NCBI GenBank assembly: GCA_002290555.1
Contig: NEUK01000060.1
Coordinates: 2,225-66,224 of the forward strand
Source: Spartobacteria bacterium AMD-G4
Lineage (GTDB): Bacteria > Verrucomicrobiota > Verrucomicrobiia > Chthoniobacterales > Terrimicrobiaceae
DNA: 64,000 bases
Direction of reading: 5' to 3'
Shown: in pieces, positions 7,298-16,924 of the stretch
How positions within the stretch are numbered: position 1 is the stretch's first letter
Layout: every line of letters begins with the position of its first letter
Position numbers and translations under genes: made by a program
Notes under the pieces: generated by a model
Told to the model about the DNA's origin: nothing
Database searches by the model: none
The model's input: the letters and a program-made list of their open reading frames with translations, nothing else

Positions 7298-9443
7298 CAG
7301 ATTGAGGGGTTGGTTTTGTCGTTGCCGGGGAAGCAGCTTGGGCGTTTTGTCCGGACTTCTCAGGAACATTTTTGGACGGACTGTAGTAGTTATAATAACT
7401 TGTGTAATAGCCATAAGACTGATCATGGCGGATATCCACATTGTTAAGAACCACCCCCAATATGTTACCACCCACATTCTCGATAGCCTGTTTGACCCTT
7501 TGGATCATCTCCTTGGGGAATCTTCGGTGCTGGACGACGATAATCGTGAGGTCTAATTCGCTGGAGAGCACTGAGGCGTCGCTGACGCCAAGAATGGGGG
7601 GAGAATCAAAGAAAACGATATCAAAGCGGGATTTTGTTTCTTGGATCACCTCCATCATTCGCTGGGAATTCAAGATTCCGACAGCGTCCCTTGGAAGCAA
7701 ACCGCTCGGCATGAAAAAAAGATTTTCAACTTTCGTTTTATGCACGACTTGTTCCAAACTTAATTGCTTCGTTAAAAGGTCACTGAGGCCATTTTTGTTG
7801 TCAATCCCAAAAATTCTGTGCTGTGAAGGACGCCTCAGATCGGCATCTACTACGAGCGTTGTGTAGCCACCTTTGGCAAATGTATAAGCCAAATTGTTGA
7901 GAGTTGTTGACTTACCTTCACCAGGACCACCGCTTACGATGGTTATCGAGTTCGAGGCAGGGTTTTTGCGGTTGAATTCGATGTTCGTCCGCATAATGCG
8001 ATACGCTTCCGCGTCGGGGTTGTCATCATTACCATTAATGAGGAGACTAATTTCCTTGGGTATGACGGCGAGGACTGGAATCTTTAGAATGGATTCCAAG
8101 TCCTGAAGCGTTTTGACGCTGGTGTCCAGATACTCAATGAAAAAAGCCAGACCGACTCCAAATCCAATGCCAACGACCACGCCAAGTATCATATTCAACA
8201 GCACGCGGGGTCGCGAGGGATACTCAGCAGGCTCGGCTCGCTCCCAGATCACCGTGGGATCTTGAGGCATCGTGCGCTGCATGGTTTCGGTGGACAGCCG
8301 CATCTCGGCAGCCTCGAGGATTTTTTTAGCCTGAATGTAGTTATTTTTTGCCTCGTAGTATCCTGAGGCCCGTGTTTTGGATGTCTGCTGTTTGGCTTGG
8401 GATTCGCGAAGACGCTGCTCAAGTTGAGTGATCGAGTCCTCGCCGATACGGATATTAGCCTCCATGCTGGCGCGCAGCGAAGCTATCTGGGTGACGAGTT
8501 GAGTGGCCATGACCTCTTTTTTGGCCCGCATGGATTTGACTGTCGGGTGGTTGACACCCAATCCGCTATTGAGGAGTCGGGCCTCTTCCGAAGCTACTTC
8601 CTGGAACTGGGGAAGCATCTGGGTGATAGTTGGATCTTGAACATCCAGCGTGCTGATGCTTCGCATGATCTGGTCATCCGAGAGCTTGCTAATTTGTTCA
8701 TATTTCGCGCGCAGAGTGGAAACTCTTAACCGTTCCGTGCTGACTTGCTGCTCGACCGAGAGGAGAACTTCATTGGCAGCCTGCATGGGATCCACAACGC
8801 TATCCGGGTTGAGATCCTGGATTTCGTTTTCAATCCTTATTCTCTGCGCCTCGGCGCGGAGTTCATCGACCCGTCGACTCTGTTTGGCAACCTCGTCCTT
8901 CAACTGGATCAGTGAGCGATTCACAGTGCCCTGCTGTTCCCCGATCCGGCGGCGCTGATATTCCTCTGCGATGCGGTTGGCGATTTCCGAAGCCTCATTT
9001 CTATCTTGGTCGAGAACGCTGATTTGAATGAGTTCGGTGTTACGGATTTCGCGGACATCAATCATTTTTCGGAGCCTGAAGATTGTTTGCTCCTTACCAG
9101 CGATGCCGTAGAGTTTTTTCCATGTCTGCTCAAGCCCGAGCGCTTCGATGACAGGATAAAGGATTTCCTTGCGCTGAATGATTTCAAATTGGGTGGTGAT
9201 GAAGCGAGGGTCGAAACCCCGCCCTCCGCCGCGATCGTCGAAAACCTGCAGATATGTGTCGTTTTGATTGACCTGCATCGTGACGCTCGACTCGTATTGC
9301 TTGGGGAGGAAATAGGTCACCACACCGGTTGTGATGACAACGAGAAGGAATACCAAGACAATGAGCGGAAGCCTGATTCGGATGACTCTCCAATAATCAA
9401 GAAAATGGAGTTGGATTTCGTTAGAGTCGGATGAGTTCATCAA
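7287..9443 (-). CDS. Polysaccharide co-polymerase / BY-kinase (Wzc/GumC-like): Wzz domain, coiled coil, second TM, P-loop kinase, C-terminal Tyr cluster
   Basis: N-terminal LHFLDYWRVIRIRLPLIVLVFLLVVITTGVVTYFLPKQYES, then a long coiled-coil region. Walker A IVSGGPGEGKSTT, Walker A' VVDADLRRP, Walker B FDIVFFDSPP. The Tyr cluster is SYGYYTSYYNYYSPS. Confidence 0.92.
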   Translation of the reverse strand: MMNSSDSNEIQLHFLDYWRVIRIRLPLIVLVFLLVVITTGVVTYFLPKQYESSVTMQVNQNDTYLQVFDDRGGGRGFDPRFITTQFEIIQRKEILYPVIEALGLEQTWKKLYGIAGKEQTIFRLRKMIDVREIRNTELIQISVLDQDRNEASEIANRIAEEYQRRRIGEQQGTVNRSLIQLKDEVAKQSRRVDELRAEAQRIRIENEIQDLNPDSVVDPMQAANEVLLSVEQQVSTERLRVSTLRAKYEQISKLSDDQIMRSISTLDVQDPTITQMLPQFQEVASEEARLLNSGLGVNHPTVKSMRAKKEVMATQLVTQIASLRASMEANIRIGEDSITQLEQRLRESQAKQQTSKTRASGYYEAKNNYIQAKKILEAAEMRLSTETMQRTMPQDPTVIWERAEPAEYPSRPRVLLNMILGVVVGIGFGVGLAFFIEYLDTSVKTLQDLESILKIPVLAVIPKEISLLINGNDDNPDAEAYRIMRTNIEFNRKNPASNSITIVSGGPGEGKSTTLNNLAYTFAKGGYTTLVVDADLRRPSQHRIFGIDNKNGLSDLLTKQLSLEQVVHKTKVENLFFMPSGLLPRDAVGILNSQRMMEVIQETKSRFDIVFFDSPPILGVSDASVLSSELDLTIIVVQHRRFPKEMIQRVKQAIENVGGNILGVVLNNVDIRHDQSYGYYTSYYNYYSPSKNVPEKSGQNAQAASPATTKPTPQSGEY

Positions 9444-9556
9444 AGTGGACGCTCAATAACTGTCTCTGGAGCGATAAAAAAGAAAGCTCGCCGTAAGAAA
9501 GACGGCATGGATGGATTGTCGACAAAAGCCAGAACGGCGCTAAGTTGCGCCAAAAA

Positions 9557-10846
9557 TCAAAAATCCATGTTCAAGCCGAGAAAGACAACATTGCGGGTGT
9601 AGCTCAACTGCTCCGACTCAGGGGCCATATCAACCGTGTAGGTGTAGCCACCTTGCAGGATGAGGTTCTTCGTGATCCTGAAATTGGCACCTACCGAGTA
9701 TTCTAAAACGTTTTCGTAAAATCCCGTTGTGGGAGTTTGTTTATCAAATTCGTTATAGAAATTGTTTTGGTAGTTCAGACCAGCTTGAAAGGAGAGCTTG
9801 GCAGTGATGCCTTGAACGACATTCACTCCGATACGGAATGTCTCGCGAGTGGCAGCGCCACTGAGTCCTGAGGCTTCTGTTCCGTAGCGAAGATTCAGAC
9901 CAACGCTCGAGTTTTTTTGATACTCGTAGGAACCATTCAGCTCACCGTAAGGTCCAAAATATTCTGGATTGTTATTATCAGCACTGTAGAACCGCAACTC
10001 CGCACCGCCGCGTGCGTTCACTTTAAATTTGGAATTGAAAACTTGATCGACTCCCAGGAGGAAGAATTGGCCGAAGTTGTCCAATGGAGCGCTGTAATAG
10101 TTTACAGGATTGACACGATACTCCAATACAGCGGTGGTTTTGGGGAGAGCGAGCCAACGAAAGGATTGGCCGATTGTTTGCTCAATACGACCTTGGCTGT
10201 CATTGAGGGATTCCTCGACATAATAGAAGGGTGTAAAATTGTATTTGGTATCTGTGGAAAACTTGTCAGACCATTGATACATGCCAGCCACCGTCGTCGA
10301 TGAAAACATATAGTCGCCGTTGTCTCGGGCACTGGTACCTGCCACTTCCAAGTCCGGTTGGGAGAGGTAGGCTGTATTAGTGGAAAAGTTTAAGGTGAGA
10401 CGAGGGGTGAGTTTGTAGCTGCCTTGGATGTTTACGGCGCCTGTGTAGTCGAATTTGTTTCCAGGACGGGAATAGTAATAGGTTACACCACCGTTTAGGG
10501 CCGCCGTGAGTTGCAGGCGCGAACTTTCCGCGGTGTAATTAACCCCACCTGCCATGTTGGTGTATAAACTTCCCGAGCGATTTGTTTCGGTTGTGAAAAG
10601 GTTGTCATCATATCCCTCGCGGAGCGCAAAAGAAAAAGTGAAAGGTTTGTCTTCAAAAATCCCACCAGAAACTGGCTCGGAAGGGATCTCTAAAGCCGCT
10701 GCATTGTCATCCACGGAGGCACCCAATTCTTGCGGAAAGTCTGCAGGTGCAGGCGCCCCATAGAAGTCCTCGGAAGGCTGTTGAGCGAATAGGGAGGTCG
10801 AGCAGAGTCCCACGGAAACCGCGAGCGGCATGATTTTTTTAAGCAT
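9557..10846 (-). CDS. Outer-membrane beta-barrel protein associated with the export locus (BBP2/EpsL-like by recollection)
   Basis: Signal peptide MLKKIMPLAVSVGLCSTSLFAQQ. Alternating aromatic/polar beta-strand pattern throughout, rich in Y/N/G/T/S. The C-terminus is an OMP-type terminal Phe (...VVFLGLNMDF). Confidence 0.8.
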   Translation of the reverse strand: MLKKIMPLAVSVGLCSTSLFAQQPSEDFYGAPAPADFPQELGASVDDNAAALEIPSEPVSGGIFEDKPFTFSFALREGYDDNLFTTETNRSGSLYTNMAGGVNYTAESSRLQLTAALNGGVTYYYSRPGNKFDYTGAVNIQGSYKLTPRLTLNFSTNTAYLSQPDLEVAGTSARDNGDYMFSSTTVAGMYQWSDKFSTDTKYNFTPFYYVEESLNDSQGRIEQTIGQSFRWLALPKTTAVLEYRVNPVNYYSAPLDNFGQFFLLGVDQVFNSKFKVNARGGAELRFYSADNNNPEYFGPYGELNGSYEYQKNSSVGLNLRYGTEASGLSGAATRETFRIGVNVVQGITAKLSFQAGLNYQNNFYNEFDKQTPTTGFYENVLEYSVGANFRITKNLILQGGYTYTVDMAPESEQLSYTRNVVFLGLNMDF

Positions 10847-10882
10847 TTGAGAGTGGTTTGGATTCGATGAGGTTGAAAATGA

Positions 10883-11755
10883 TTAGTTGGATGCAGGAGT
10901 GGGCCTTGGGGGTGTGCCGCTAGTGCCGCTGCCTGCCGTGCCAGATCCTGTCGAACCGGGAAGGCTCTGGCCTGCCGTCGATGTGCCTTGGTCTCCTGTA
11001 TTAGCTGGCTGATTGGCTGTTGGTGCTGGATTTTGCGAGCCGGTCTGCGCTGCTGCGGAAATTGCTGCTGCATCGGCGCTGGGCACCGCTGCCGTCACCG
11101 CAGACGCAACGGCCGTAGCGGAGGCAGGGACTGCAGAAGACACACTTTGGGCGATACTGACAGCTGCTGCAGGAACTGCGGCGGAGACACTGGCGGCAAT
11201 CTGAGGCGCGGACGCTGGCGCGACTGTTGCCACTGCCGCCGCGATGGCCGCTGCTTGAGCAGGCGCTGCAGTTGCCACTGCCGCTGCGACCGCCGCTGCT
11301 TGAGCGGGCGCTGCAGTTGCCACTGCTGCGGCTACCGCTGCGGCCTGAGCTGGAGCGGCTGCAGCTGCGCTTGCCGCGATTTGAGAAGAGAGGGCAGGAG
11401 CAAATGCCGTCGCCGCAGCAGCAATGGCCGCAGCTTGTGCGGGATTGGCTTGAGTCAGAGCAGACACTGCCGCGAGGAGGGCTTGTGTGTTCCCATCTTC
11501 CCCTAAAGCATTCAAGAGCGCTTGAACGGTTGACTGAGCTTGTGCGGGGGTAAGTTTGTACTGGGCTGCTATTGCCGTAGCGGCCTGTCTTTGTTGACGG
11601 AGGCTCTGTGCGCTGGAAACCGAAGATGTCGCGAGTGAGGTAGCGATGATCAAAAGGAAGAGGGATGCGATTGAGGATGTTTTCATGGTTTGATAAGTGG
11701 GTGTTGAATGTCTCTTACAGGAACCTAATACAGTTTCCAGCGCCAAATCAATCAT
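10883..11755 (-). CDS. Secreted Ala-rich 15-residue-repeat protein with a Gly/Ser/Thr/Pro tail (paralogous repeat to 1588-3105)
   Basis: Signal peptide MKTSSIASLFLLIIATSLATSSVSSAQ (an internal Met of the track ORF is the likely start). Repeats: APAQAAAVAAAVATA x2, APAQAAAIAAAVATV, APASAPQIAASVSAA, VPAAAVSIAQSVSSA, VPASATAVASAVTAA, VPSADAAAISAAA. The tail is ...GSTGSGTAGSGTSGTPPRPTPASN. Confidence 0.78.
   Translation of the reverse strand: MIDLALETVLGSCKRHSTPTYQTMKTSSIASLFLLIIATSLATSSVSSAQSLRQQRQAATAIAAQYKLTPAQAQSTVQALLNALGEDGNTQALLAAVSALTQANPAQAAAIAAAATAFAPALSSQIAASAAAAAPAQAAAVAAAVATAAPAQAAAVAAAVATAAPAQAAAIAAAVATVAPASAPQIAASVSAAVPAAAVSIAQSVSSAVPASATAVASAVTAAVPSADAAAISAAAQTGSQNPAPTANQPANTGDQGTSTAGQSLPGSTGSGTAGSGTSGTPPRPTPASN
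11226..11360. repeat. 45-bp tandem repeat (two near-identical copies plus a diverged third) encoding the 15-aa Ala-rich unit
   Basis: 11226-11270 reads gttgccactgccgccgcgatggccgctgcttgagcaggcgctgca. 11271-11315 reads gttgccactgccgctgcgaccgccgctgcttgagcgggcgctgca. A more diverged copy follows from 11316. Confidence 0.9.
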
Positions 11756-11920
11756 GAATGTTACAATTTCGTAACAAAAAAAACCGTCATTGCGATGCGT
11801 TTGCCGTTTTCGGCTTCACGAATTCCAGAGTGGCGTATCGCCCTTGCTGCCACTGATTCTCCCGTCGAAACAGTCATCCGTTTTTTGCCTCTTTTGTGGA
11901 AAGGGTCGGAATGTCTACAC

Positions 11921-13786
11921 CTACTTTCGTGCTTCTATGAGCGCTTCCCTCCGGAGCATCGAGAATGTTGGCCCAGGAAGATTGAGGGCTAACCCGTAGT
12001 AGGAGATCGCCTCGTCTATCGAACCCGAGAGCTCAAGATGGAGCGCATAGAATTCGTAGGGGGTGGCGTAGTAGGGGGCCTTGGCGATAGCCGCCCGGTG
12101 AAGGGGAGCGGCTTGTTTGAAGTTTCCGAGATTGTCGTGGGCATGAGCAAGATTGATCAAATACCAGGCATCGCCGGGTTCCCTATTTGTGGCGAGTGAG
12201 GATAATTCGATGGAGCGCTCCAACAAGCGCCGACGATCATTTTCTTGAAGAACCGGATTCTTTCCAAGGCTGAGGGCTGCACGCCCACCTGTAGCCGCAA
12301 GCGCGCTGTGCTTCGGATTAGACAGCAACCCCGATTCCGCAAAATGGAGTGCCGACTCGGAATTCCCTTGGGAAAATGCAGCGTCCGACTTGATCCATGC
12401 AAACTCCGACTGGTGGAAATTCCAAGATGACCATGCAATCCACACTGCTGCGATAAGGGCCGTGGCAAAAGTCGTGAGGGAGGCAATTTTCGGAACAATT
12501 CCGGACACGCTCCGCCGCCCGGGTGATGCCAGAATGGCCAGTGAGACACAGGCGAGCAGTGCATTGCCCGGGACTTGCATGTTAAAATCAAAAAGCGAGT
12601 GCACGGCAAAGGCTCCGAGGGAGGAAACGGCTCCCATCTGCATCGCAGACTTGACACTGGCGGGCAAATCCCCGGCGGACAATCGTTGACAGAGGCCATC
12701 GACAAAGCCCCGCCAGCCAGAAAAAAGATGCACAAAAAACACACACAAGCCCAGAGCCACTCCAATGAGGCCGATCTCCGCGAGCGCCTGCACCCAGTCA
12801 TTATGGGCAAACACGTCATCCAAAGCATCTGCGCGAAACCTGTATTGACGCGCAAAGTTCGTAAAGGTGCCGATCCCTGTCCCCAAAAGCGGTTCCGACT
12901 GCCATTGACGCAGGGCTGTTTTCCAGACGGTAGCACGATAGTTTTCTTCCCCAGCCTTCAGGATACGAAACTGCGCAAGGTCACTGGACTCGTAAACCTG
13001 CCAAGCCACACCGAAACTCACCAGCAAGGCCAAGGCTATCAAACCAAACATCCTTCCACGCACGCCCCAGGCTCCGAGCATCAAACCGCGTGCGCTGAGA
13101 ATGACAAAAACTCCGAGTGCGACACCTGCTCCGAGGATCCCTCCACGGCTTTGCGTCAGGATTCCCACACCGAAAAACATGGCTGCCCCGTAGAGAAGGA
13201 GGACGCGCGGCCAGAGCCCTACCCGCCCCCACACTCCCAGAGAGAGCGCAAAGGCCCCCGCGAAGTTCAGGAGCCAGGCGAGATGATTGGCGTTGTAGTA
13301 AAAGCCCCTCGCCCGAAAGGCGTGTCCCTCCATCCGCTCGGGACACAAATCTGAAATCCATCCGAGGTGTGGATTCGCGTCTGGAAATAGATATTGGAAA
13401 ACCCCAAAAGCCGCCTGCGCGAAGGCTCCGAGAAGCAGGATCGAGAGGAGCACAAGCCTTTCTCTCGTGCCAGTGAGCACAAAAACAATGAGGGCATAGA
13501 CAAGCCAACAAGCCAAAACCAAGCGCAGAGTCGCTCCCTGCAACCACAGGTCGGCCTGCCCTGCCAGCGGGATTGCAATCCAACACACCAATGCGGCGGC
13601 CAATGAAACACCCGCCCAGTGCGGCATCATGAAATCACGCTTCGTCCACTTCCAAGCACCTGAGAAGACGGCCAAGCAAAGAACAGCGTAAGCGGCCAAG
13701 GGCAAAAACGGATATGGCCCTCGGCCTACAAAATACTGCGCGGTGAGGAGAGCCAGCCCGCATAGAGCGGCAGAGAGGTAATTCAC
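11921..13786 (-). CDS. O-antigen ligase-like (Wzy_C/WaaL-type) polytopic membrane protein fused to C-terminal TPR repeats
   Basis: At least 10 hydrophobic segments. The block with RGFYYNANHLAWLLNFAGAFALSLG...MFFGVGILTQSRGGILGAGVAL is typical of O-antigen ligase/polymerase families. The C-terminal ~170 aa is TPR-like (AWYLINLAHAHDNLGNFKQAAPLHRAAIAKAPYYATPYEFYALHLELSGSIDEAISYYGLAL). The start is uncertain. The GTG at 13786 (MNYLSAALCGLALL...) avoids overlap with the divergent + gene, while the track gives 13945. Confidence 0.8.
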   Translation of the reverse strand: MNYLSAALCGLALLTAQYFVGRGPYPFLPLAAYAVLCLAVFSGAWKWTKRDFMMPHWAGVSLAAALVCWIAIPLAGQADLWLQGATLRLVLACWLVYALIVFVLTGTRERLVLLSILLLGAFAQAAFGVFQYLFPDANPHLGWISDLCPERMEGHAFRARGFYYNANHLAWLLNFAGAFALSLGVWGRVGLWPRVLLLYGAAMFFGVGILTQSRGGILGAGVALGVFVILSARGLMLGAWGVRGRMFGLIALALLVSFGVAWQVYESSDLAQFRILKAGEENYRATVWKTALRQWQSEPLLGTGIGTFTNFARQYRFRADALDDVFAHNDWVQALAEIGLIGVALGLCVFFVHLFSGWRGFVDGLCQRLSAGDLPASVKSAMQMGAVSSLGAFAVHSLFDFNMQVPGNALLACVSLAILASPGRRSVSGIVPKIASLTTFATALIAAVWIAWSSWNFHQSEFAWIKSDAAFSQGNSESALHFAESGLLSNPKHSALAATGGRAALSLGKNPVLQENDRRRLLERSIELSSLATNREPGDAWYLINLAHAHDNLGNFKQAAPLHRAAIAKAPYYATPYEFYALHLELSGSIDEAISYYGLALNLPGPTFSMLRREALIEARK

Positions 13787-13896
13787 TTTGCCTATGCATA
13801 AACAAAAATCCCTTCGCGCATGAACAAGGATTTCACATCTCCGGAGCGAATTTTTTTTGAATCGTCGGCAGCAAATGATGCGTAGATCATCTTCGC

Positions 13897-15063
13897 ATGA
13901 ACCAGACACCCATTCCCACGCAGGCAGCACGCCGTATTTTTCCAAAATTCCGTTTGGAAAATCTCCTCCGCAGCACCTTTGAACCTCGGATTGCTCAGAG
14001 GATTTGTATTTTGATCGACCTCCCGGATGCGTCGCAAATCAAAGAATTCGCTTTTTTGAAAAATCCGGAACTCACCATTCAAAAGAACGCTGTGAAGTTC
14101 TTCTTCGAGCCCCTCCGCGACGGCACCCTCGCCGAACTCGGACTCGGCGGCGGCGAGATGTATGCATACAAAATCACAGGTGGCAGCAACCTCGACCTTC
14201 CCGATGAGGCCTACACCCCAGACGGACGCACGGTGAGTTTGGAAAAGGATGTCTACCCGAACTACGACATCATCCTCTGCATTTCGACCTATTCTGCTAC
14301 AGCCCCGCTCACCGCCTTCGCCAAGAAATACGGATTTCGAGGCGCCACGCTCCACGGGGTCAACCAGACGATTCTTCGCACCGGACTTGCGGTGAGCTAC
14401 GACGATGTGAGTGTGGATGCTGAAAAGATGCGCCTCGGCATGACCGGGGCCGATTGGGTGGAGATCGATTTTCTGTTTAACGGAAACAGTCACACACTTC
14501 GACTCGAACTCGGGGGCCAAGAGGCACAAAAAAGCCACGGTCTCTGCCGGGGCGACGAACCCGATGTCGCCAACCTCCCAGCAGGCGAGATTTATTATGT
14601 GCCAACCGGCGCTTCGGGCGAATTCCCCATGCGCTACGAAGATGGAACAATCGGCCTCATGCATGTCGCCGACGGCCGCATCCAGAAAGCTGAACTCCTC
14701 AGTGGCGACGCCTCCGTCGTGGAAGCACACAATAAGAAGCTCTCCTCCGACCCTGTCACCGGAGAGCTCGGCGAGTTGGGCTTCGGCACACAGGTACTCC
14801 CAGTTTCGGGCCGTGACATTCAGGATGAAAAAATCCGTGGAACCATCCATGTGGCCACCGGGCGCAGCGATCATCTCGGCGGGTCGCTGACGCCGGACAA
14901 GTTTGCGGAGCACCTCAACGCCACGCATGACGACATCCTTTTTGCCCCGCACAAGACATCGGAGATTCTGGTGACCCAAGCTCGCATGCACAGGCACGGA
15001 GAGACGGTCGTGTTGATAGAAAACTTCGAGCCTTCTGCGTATATCAACAACCTGCTCGCCTGA
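13897..15063 (+). CDS. M29-family (aminopeptidase T/PepS-like) metallopeptidase
   Basis: Motifs match my recollection of M29: NLPAGEIYYVP, GELGELGFGTQ, DEKIRGTIHVATGRSDHLGG, NATHDDILF. Confidence 0.8.
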   Translation: MNQTPIPTQAARRIFPKFRLENLLRSTFEPRIAQRICILIDLPDASQIKEFAFLKNPELTIQKNAVKFFFEPLRDGTLAELGLGGGEMYAYKITGGSNLDLPDEAYTPDGRTVSLEKDVYPNYDIILCISTYSATAPLTAFAKKYGFRGATLHGVNQTILRTGLAVSYDDVSVDAEKMRLGMTGADWVEIDFLFNGNSHTLRLELGGQEAQKSHGLCRGDEPDVANLPAGEIYYVPTGASGEFPMRYEDGTIGLMHVADGRIQKAELLSGDASVVEAHNKKLSSDPVTGELGELGFGTQVLPVSGRDIQDEKIRGTIHVATGRSDHLGGSLTPDKFAEHLNATHDDILFAPHKTSEILVTQARMHRHGETVVLIENFEPSAYINNLLA

Positions 15064-15076
15064 GCAGGTCTGGCTT

Positions 15077-16003
15077 TCACAGGTTTTTTAGAAAGCACTC
15101 ATGGGCGTCGCGGATGCCTTCTCTCAGATTGACGCGAGGTTTCCAGCCGAGGGCAAGAAGCCTGCCGATATTCATAAGCTTGCGCGGAGTTCCGTCCGGT
15201 TTGGAAGTGTCGAAAACGAGTGATCCCTCGAATCCGAGCACCTCGCAGACGGTCTCGGCGAGTTCCTTGATCGAGACATCCTCGCCGCAGCCGATGTTCA
15301 CGATTTCGGGTGAGTCGTAATTTTCGAGAAGGAAAAAACAGGCGTCGGCGAGGTCGTCCACATGAAGAAACTCACGGCGCGGCGTGCCGCTGCCCCACAC
15401 GGAAACCTCCTTCGCTCCACCCTGCTTGGCCTCATGCACCTTGCGGATGAGCGCAGGTAGCACATGCGAGGTATGCAGGTCGAAATTGTCATTCGGCCCG
15501 TAGAGATTCGTCGGCATGCCAGAGATGAAATTTTTCCCATACTCGCGGGCGTAAGCCTGGCAGAGCTTGATGCCGGCGATCTTGGCGATGGCATAGGCGT
15601 CGTTCGTCGGCTCCAGCGGACCCGTGAGCAACGCATCCTCCGTGAGCGGCTGGGGAGCCAATTTCGGATAAATGCACGAGCTGCCGAGGAAGAGGAGTTT
15701 CGTCACGCCAAAGTCGGCTGCGGCTTGGATGACATTGTTCTGAATCGTGAGGTTCTCGATGAGGAACTCGACCGGCTTCTCAAAGTTTGCTGCAATGCCT
15801 CCCACCCTTGCGGCGGCATCCACCACATAGTCCGGACGCTCGGCTTCGAAAAAACCACGCACGGCGGCGCGATCCATCAGGTCCAGTTCCTGCCGCGTGC
15901 GGGTGAGGATGTTCTCAAAAGCGGCACGCTGGAGGCGCCTCACGATGGCGCTCCCGACCATTCCGCGATGCCCGGCCACAAAAATCTTCGCTTCTTTTTT
16001 CAT
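15077..16003 (-). CDS. fcl: GDP-L-fucose synthase (GDP-4-keto-6-deoxy-D-mannose 3,5-epimerase/4-reductase)
   Basis: [19 protein letters not shown]...[49 protein letters not shown]...NLYGPNDNF...[10 protein letters not shown]. This is the classic Fcl/WcaG pattern. Confidence 0.93.
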   Translation of the reverse strand: MKKEAKIFVAGHRGMVGSAIVRRLQRAAFENILTRTRQELDLMDRAAVRGFFEAERPDYVVDAAARVGGIAANFEKPVEFLIENLTIQNNVIQAAADFGVTKLLFLGSSCIYPKLAPQPLTEDALLTGPLEPTNDAYAIAKIAGIKLCQAYAREYGKNFISGMPTNLYGPNDNFDLHTSHVLPALIRKVHEAKQGGAKEVSVWGSGTPRREFLHVDDLADACFFLLENYDSPEIVNIGCGEDVSIKELAETVCEVLGFEGSLVFDTSKPDGTPRKLMNIGRLLALGWKPRVNLREGIRDAHECFLKNL

Positions 16004-16044
16004 GCTGTGTTTTTAGCGGACTTGGTCTTCCCCGCAAGACAGGA

Positions 16045-16896
16045 TCACCCTGCGCGCAGGCCTGCTTCGAGCGATGGATACCGGAACGCGTAGCCCAGAC
16101 TCTCTGCCGCAGCCGGACGCACGCGCACACTGTCGAGCATGACATGCGACAACTCGCCGAGCGCGAGTTTGAGGGCACAGGAAGGCGCGGGCACAATCGC
16201 AGGACGCCGCACCACACGCGCCAGCGTGCGGGTAAACTCGGCATTCCGCACCGGTTGCGGATTCACGGCATTCACCGCGCCACTGACCGATGAGGTTTCA
16301 ATCGCCCAAAGAATCATCCCGGCGACATCGTCCACATGGATGCAACTCATCCACTGCCGCCCATTGCCGAGATTTCCTCCCAAACCGAACTGAAAAACCG
16401 GTCGCACCAGACCCATCGCGCCTCCCGGGCCGGTTACAAAGCCAATCCGAAGCCTGACCACTCGGCATCCGGGCGCTTCGGCAGGCAATGCCGCCGCTTC
16501 CCACGCCTTGCACACCTCCGCCAGAAAACCGCTTCCCGCCGCAGCCGATTCATCGACCTCCCGCTCGCCCGTGTCACCGTAAAATCCAATCGCCGACGCG
16601 TTCACCAGCACACCAATACCCGAATGAAGACTGCCGACCACCTGACGGGTTGATTCCACACGACTGCGCAGGATTTTTTCCTTCTTCGATGCGGTCCACA
16701 GTCCCAAAATCGGTTCTCCCGCGAGATTCACCACGGCATCCAAGCCCGAAAGATCGAGCCCTCCAGTTGCTTCGATCCTGCGAAACCCGACCCGCGCGCT
16801 TCGTGAAAACCGCACCACGCCATGCCCCGCCGCTTCGGCCATGCGACACAGTCGCGCCCCCACATACCCCGTTGCTCCGATGACTCCGATCTTCAT
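16045..16896 (-). CDS. TIGR01777/YfcH-family NAD-dependent epimerase-like protein (SDR fold plus DUF1731)
   Basis: From the ATG at 16896: MKIGVIGATGYVGARL...NLAGEPI...GNGRQWMSCIHVDDVAGMILWAIE...GAVNAVNPQPVRNAEFTRTLARVVRRPAIVPAPSCALKLALGE...GYAFRYPSLEAGL. The upstream part of the track ORF (to 17169) overlaps the neighbouring gene and is rejected. Confidence 0.88.
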   Translation of the reverse strand: MKIGVIGATGYVGARLCRMAEAAGHGVVRFSRSARVGFRRIEATGGLDLSGLDAVVNLAGEPILGLWTASKKEKILRSRVESTRQVVGSLHSGIGVLVNASAIGFYGDTGEREVDESAAAGSGFLAEVCKAWEAAALPAEAPGCRVVRLRIGFVTGPGGAMGLVRPVFQFGLGGNLGNGRQWMSCIHVDDVAGMILWAIETSSVSGAVNAVNPQPVRNAEFTRTLARVVRRPAIVPAPSCALKLALGELSHVMLDSVRVRPAAAESLGYAFRYPSLEAGLRAG

Positions 16897-16924
16897 GTTC
16901 CAGACAAAGTGCGCTGACTTCCAC

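Noticed and set aside
12157-13586. Three 200-260-aa ORFs (12157-12936 -, 12575-13354 +, 12981-13586 -) inside the O-antigen-ligase/TPR gene
   Set aside because: They are alternative-frame or antisense ORFs with Arg/Pro/Cys-rich nonsense-like composition. The 11921-13786 frame gives a coherent polytopic membrane protein plus TPR repeats.
13792-14997. 401-aa minus-strand ORF
   Set aside because: It is antisense to the M29 aminopeptidase-like gene, which carries specific family motifs (NLPAGEIYYVP, DEKIRGTIHVATG). The minus-strand product has none.
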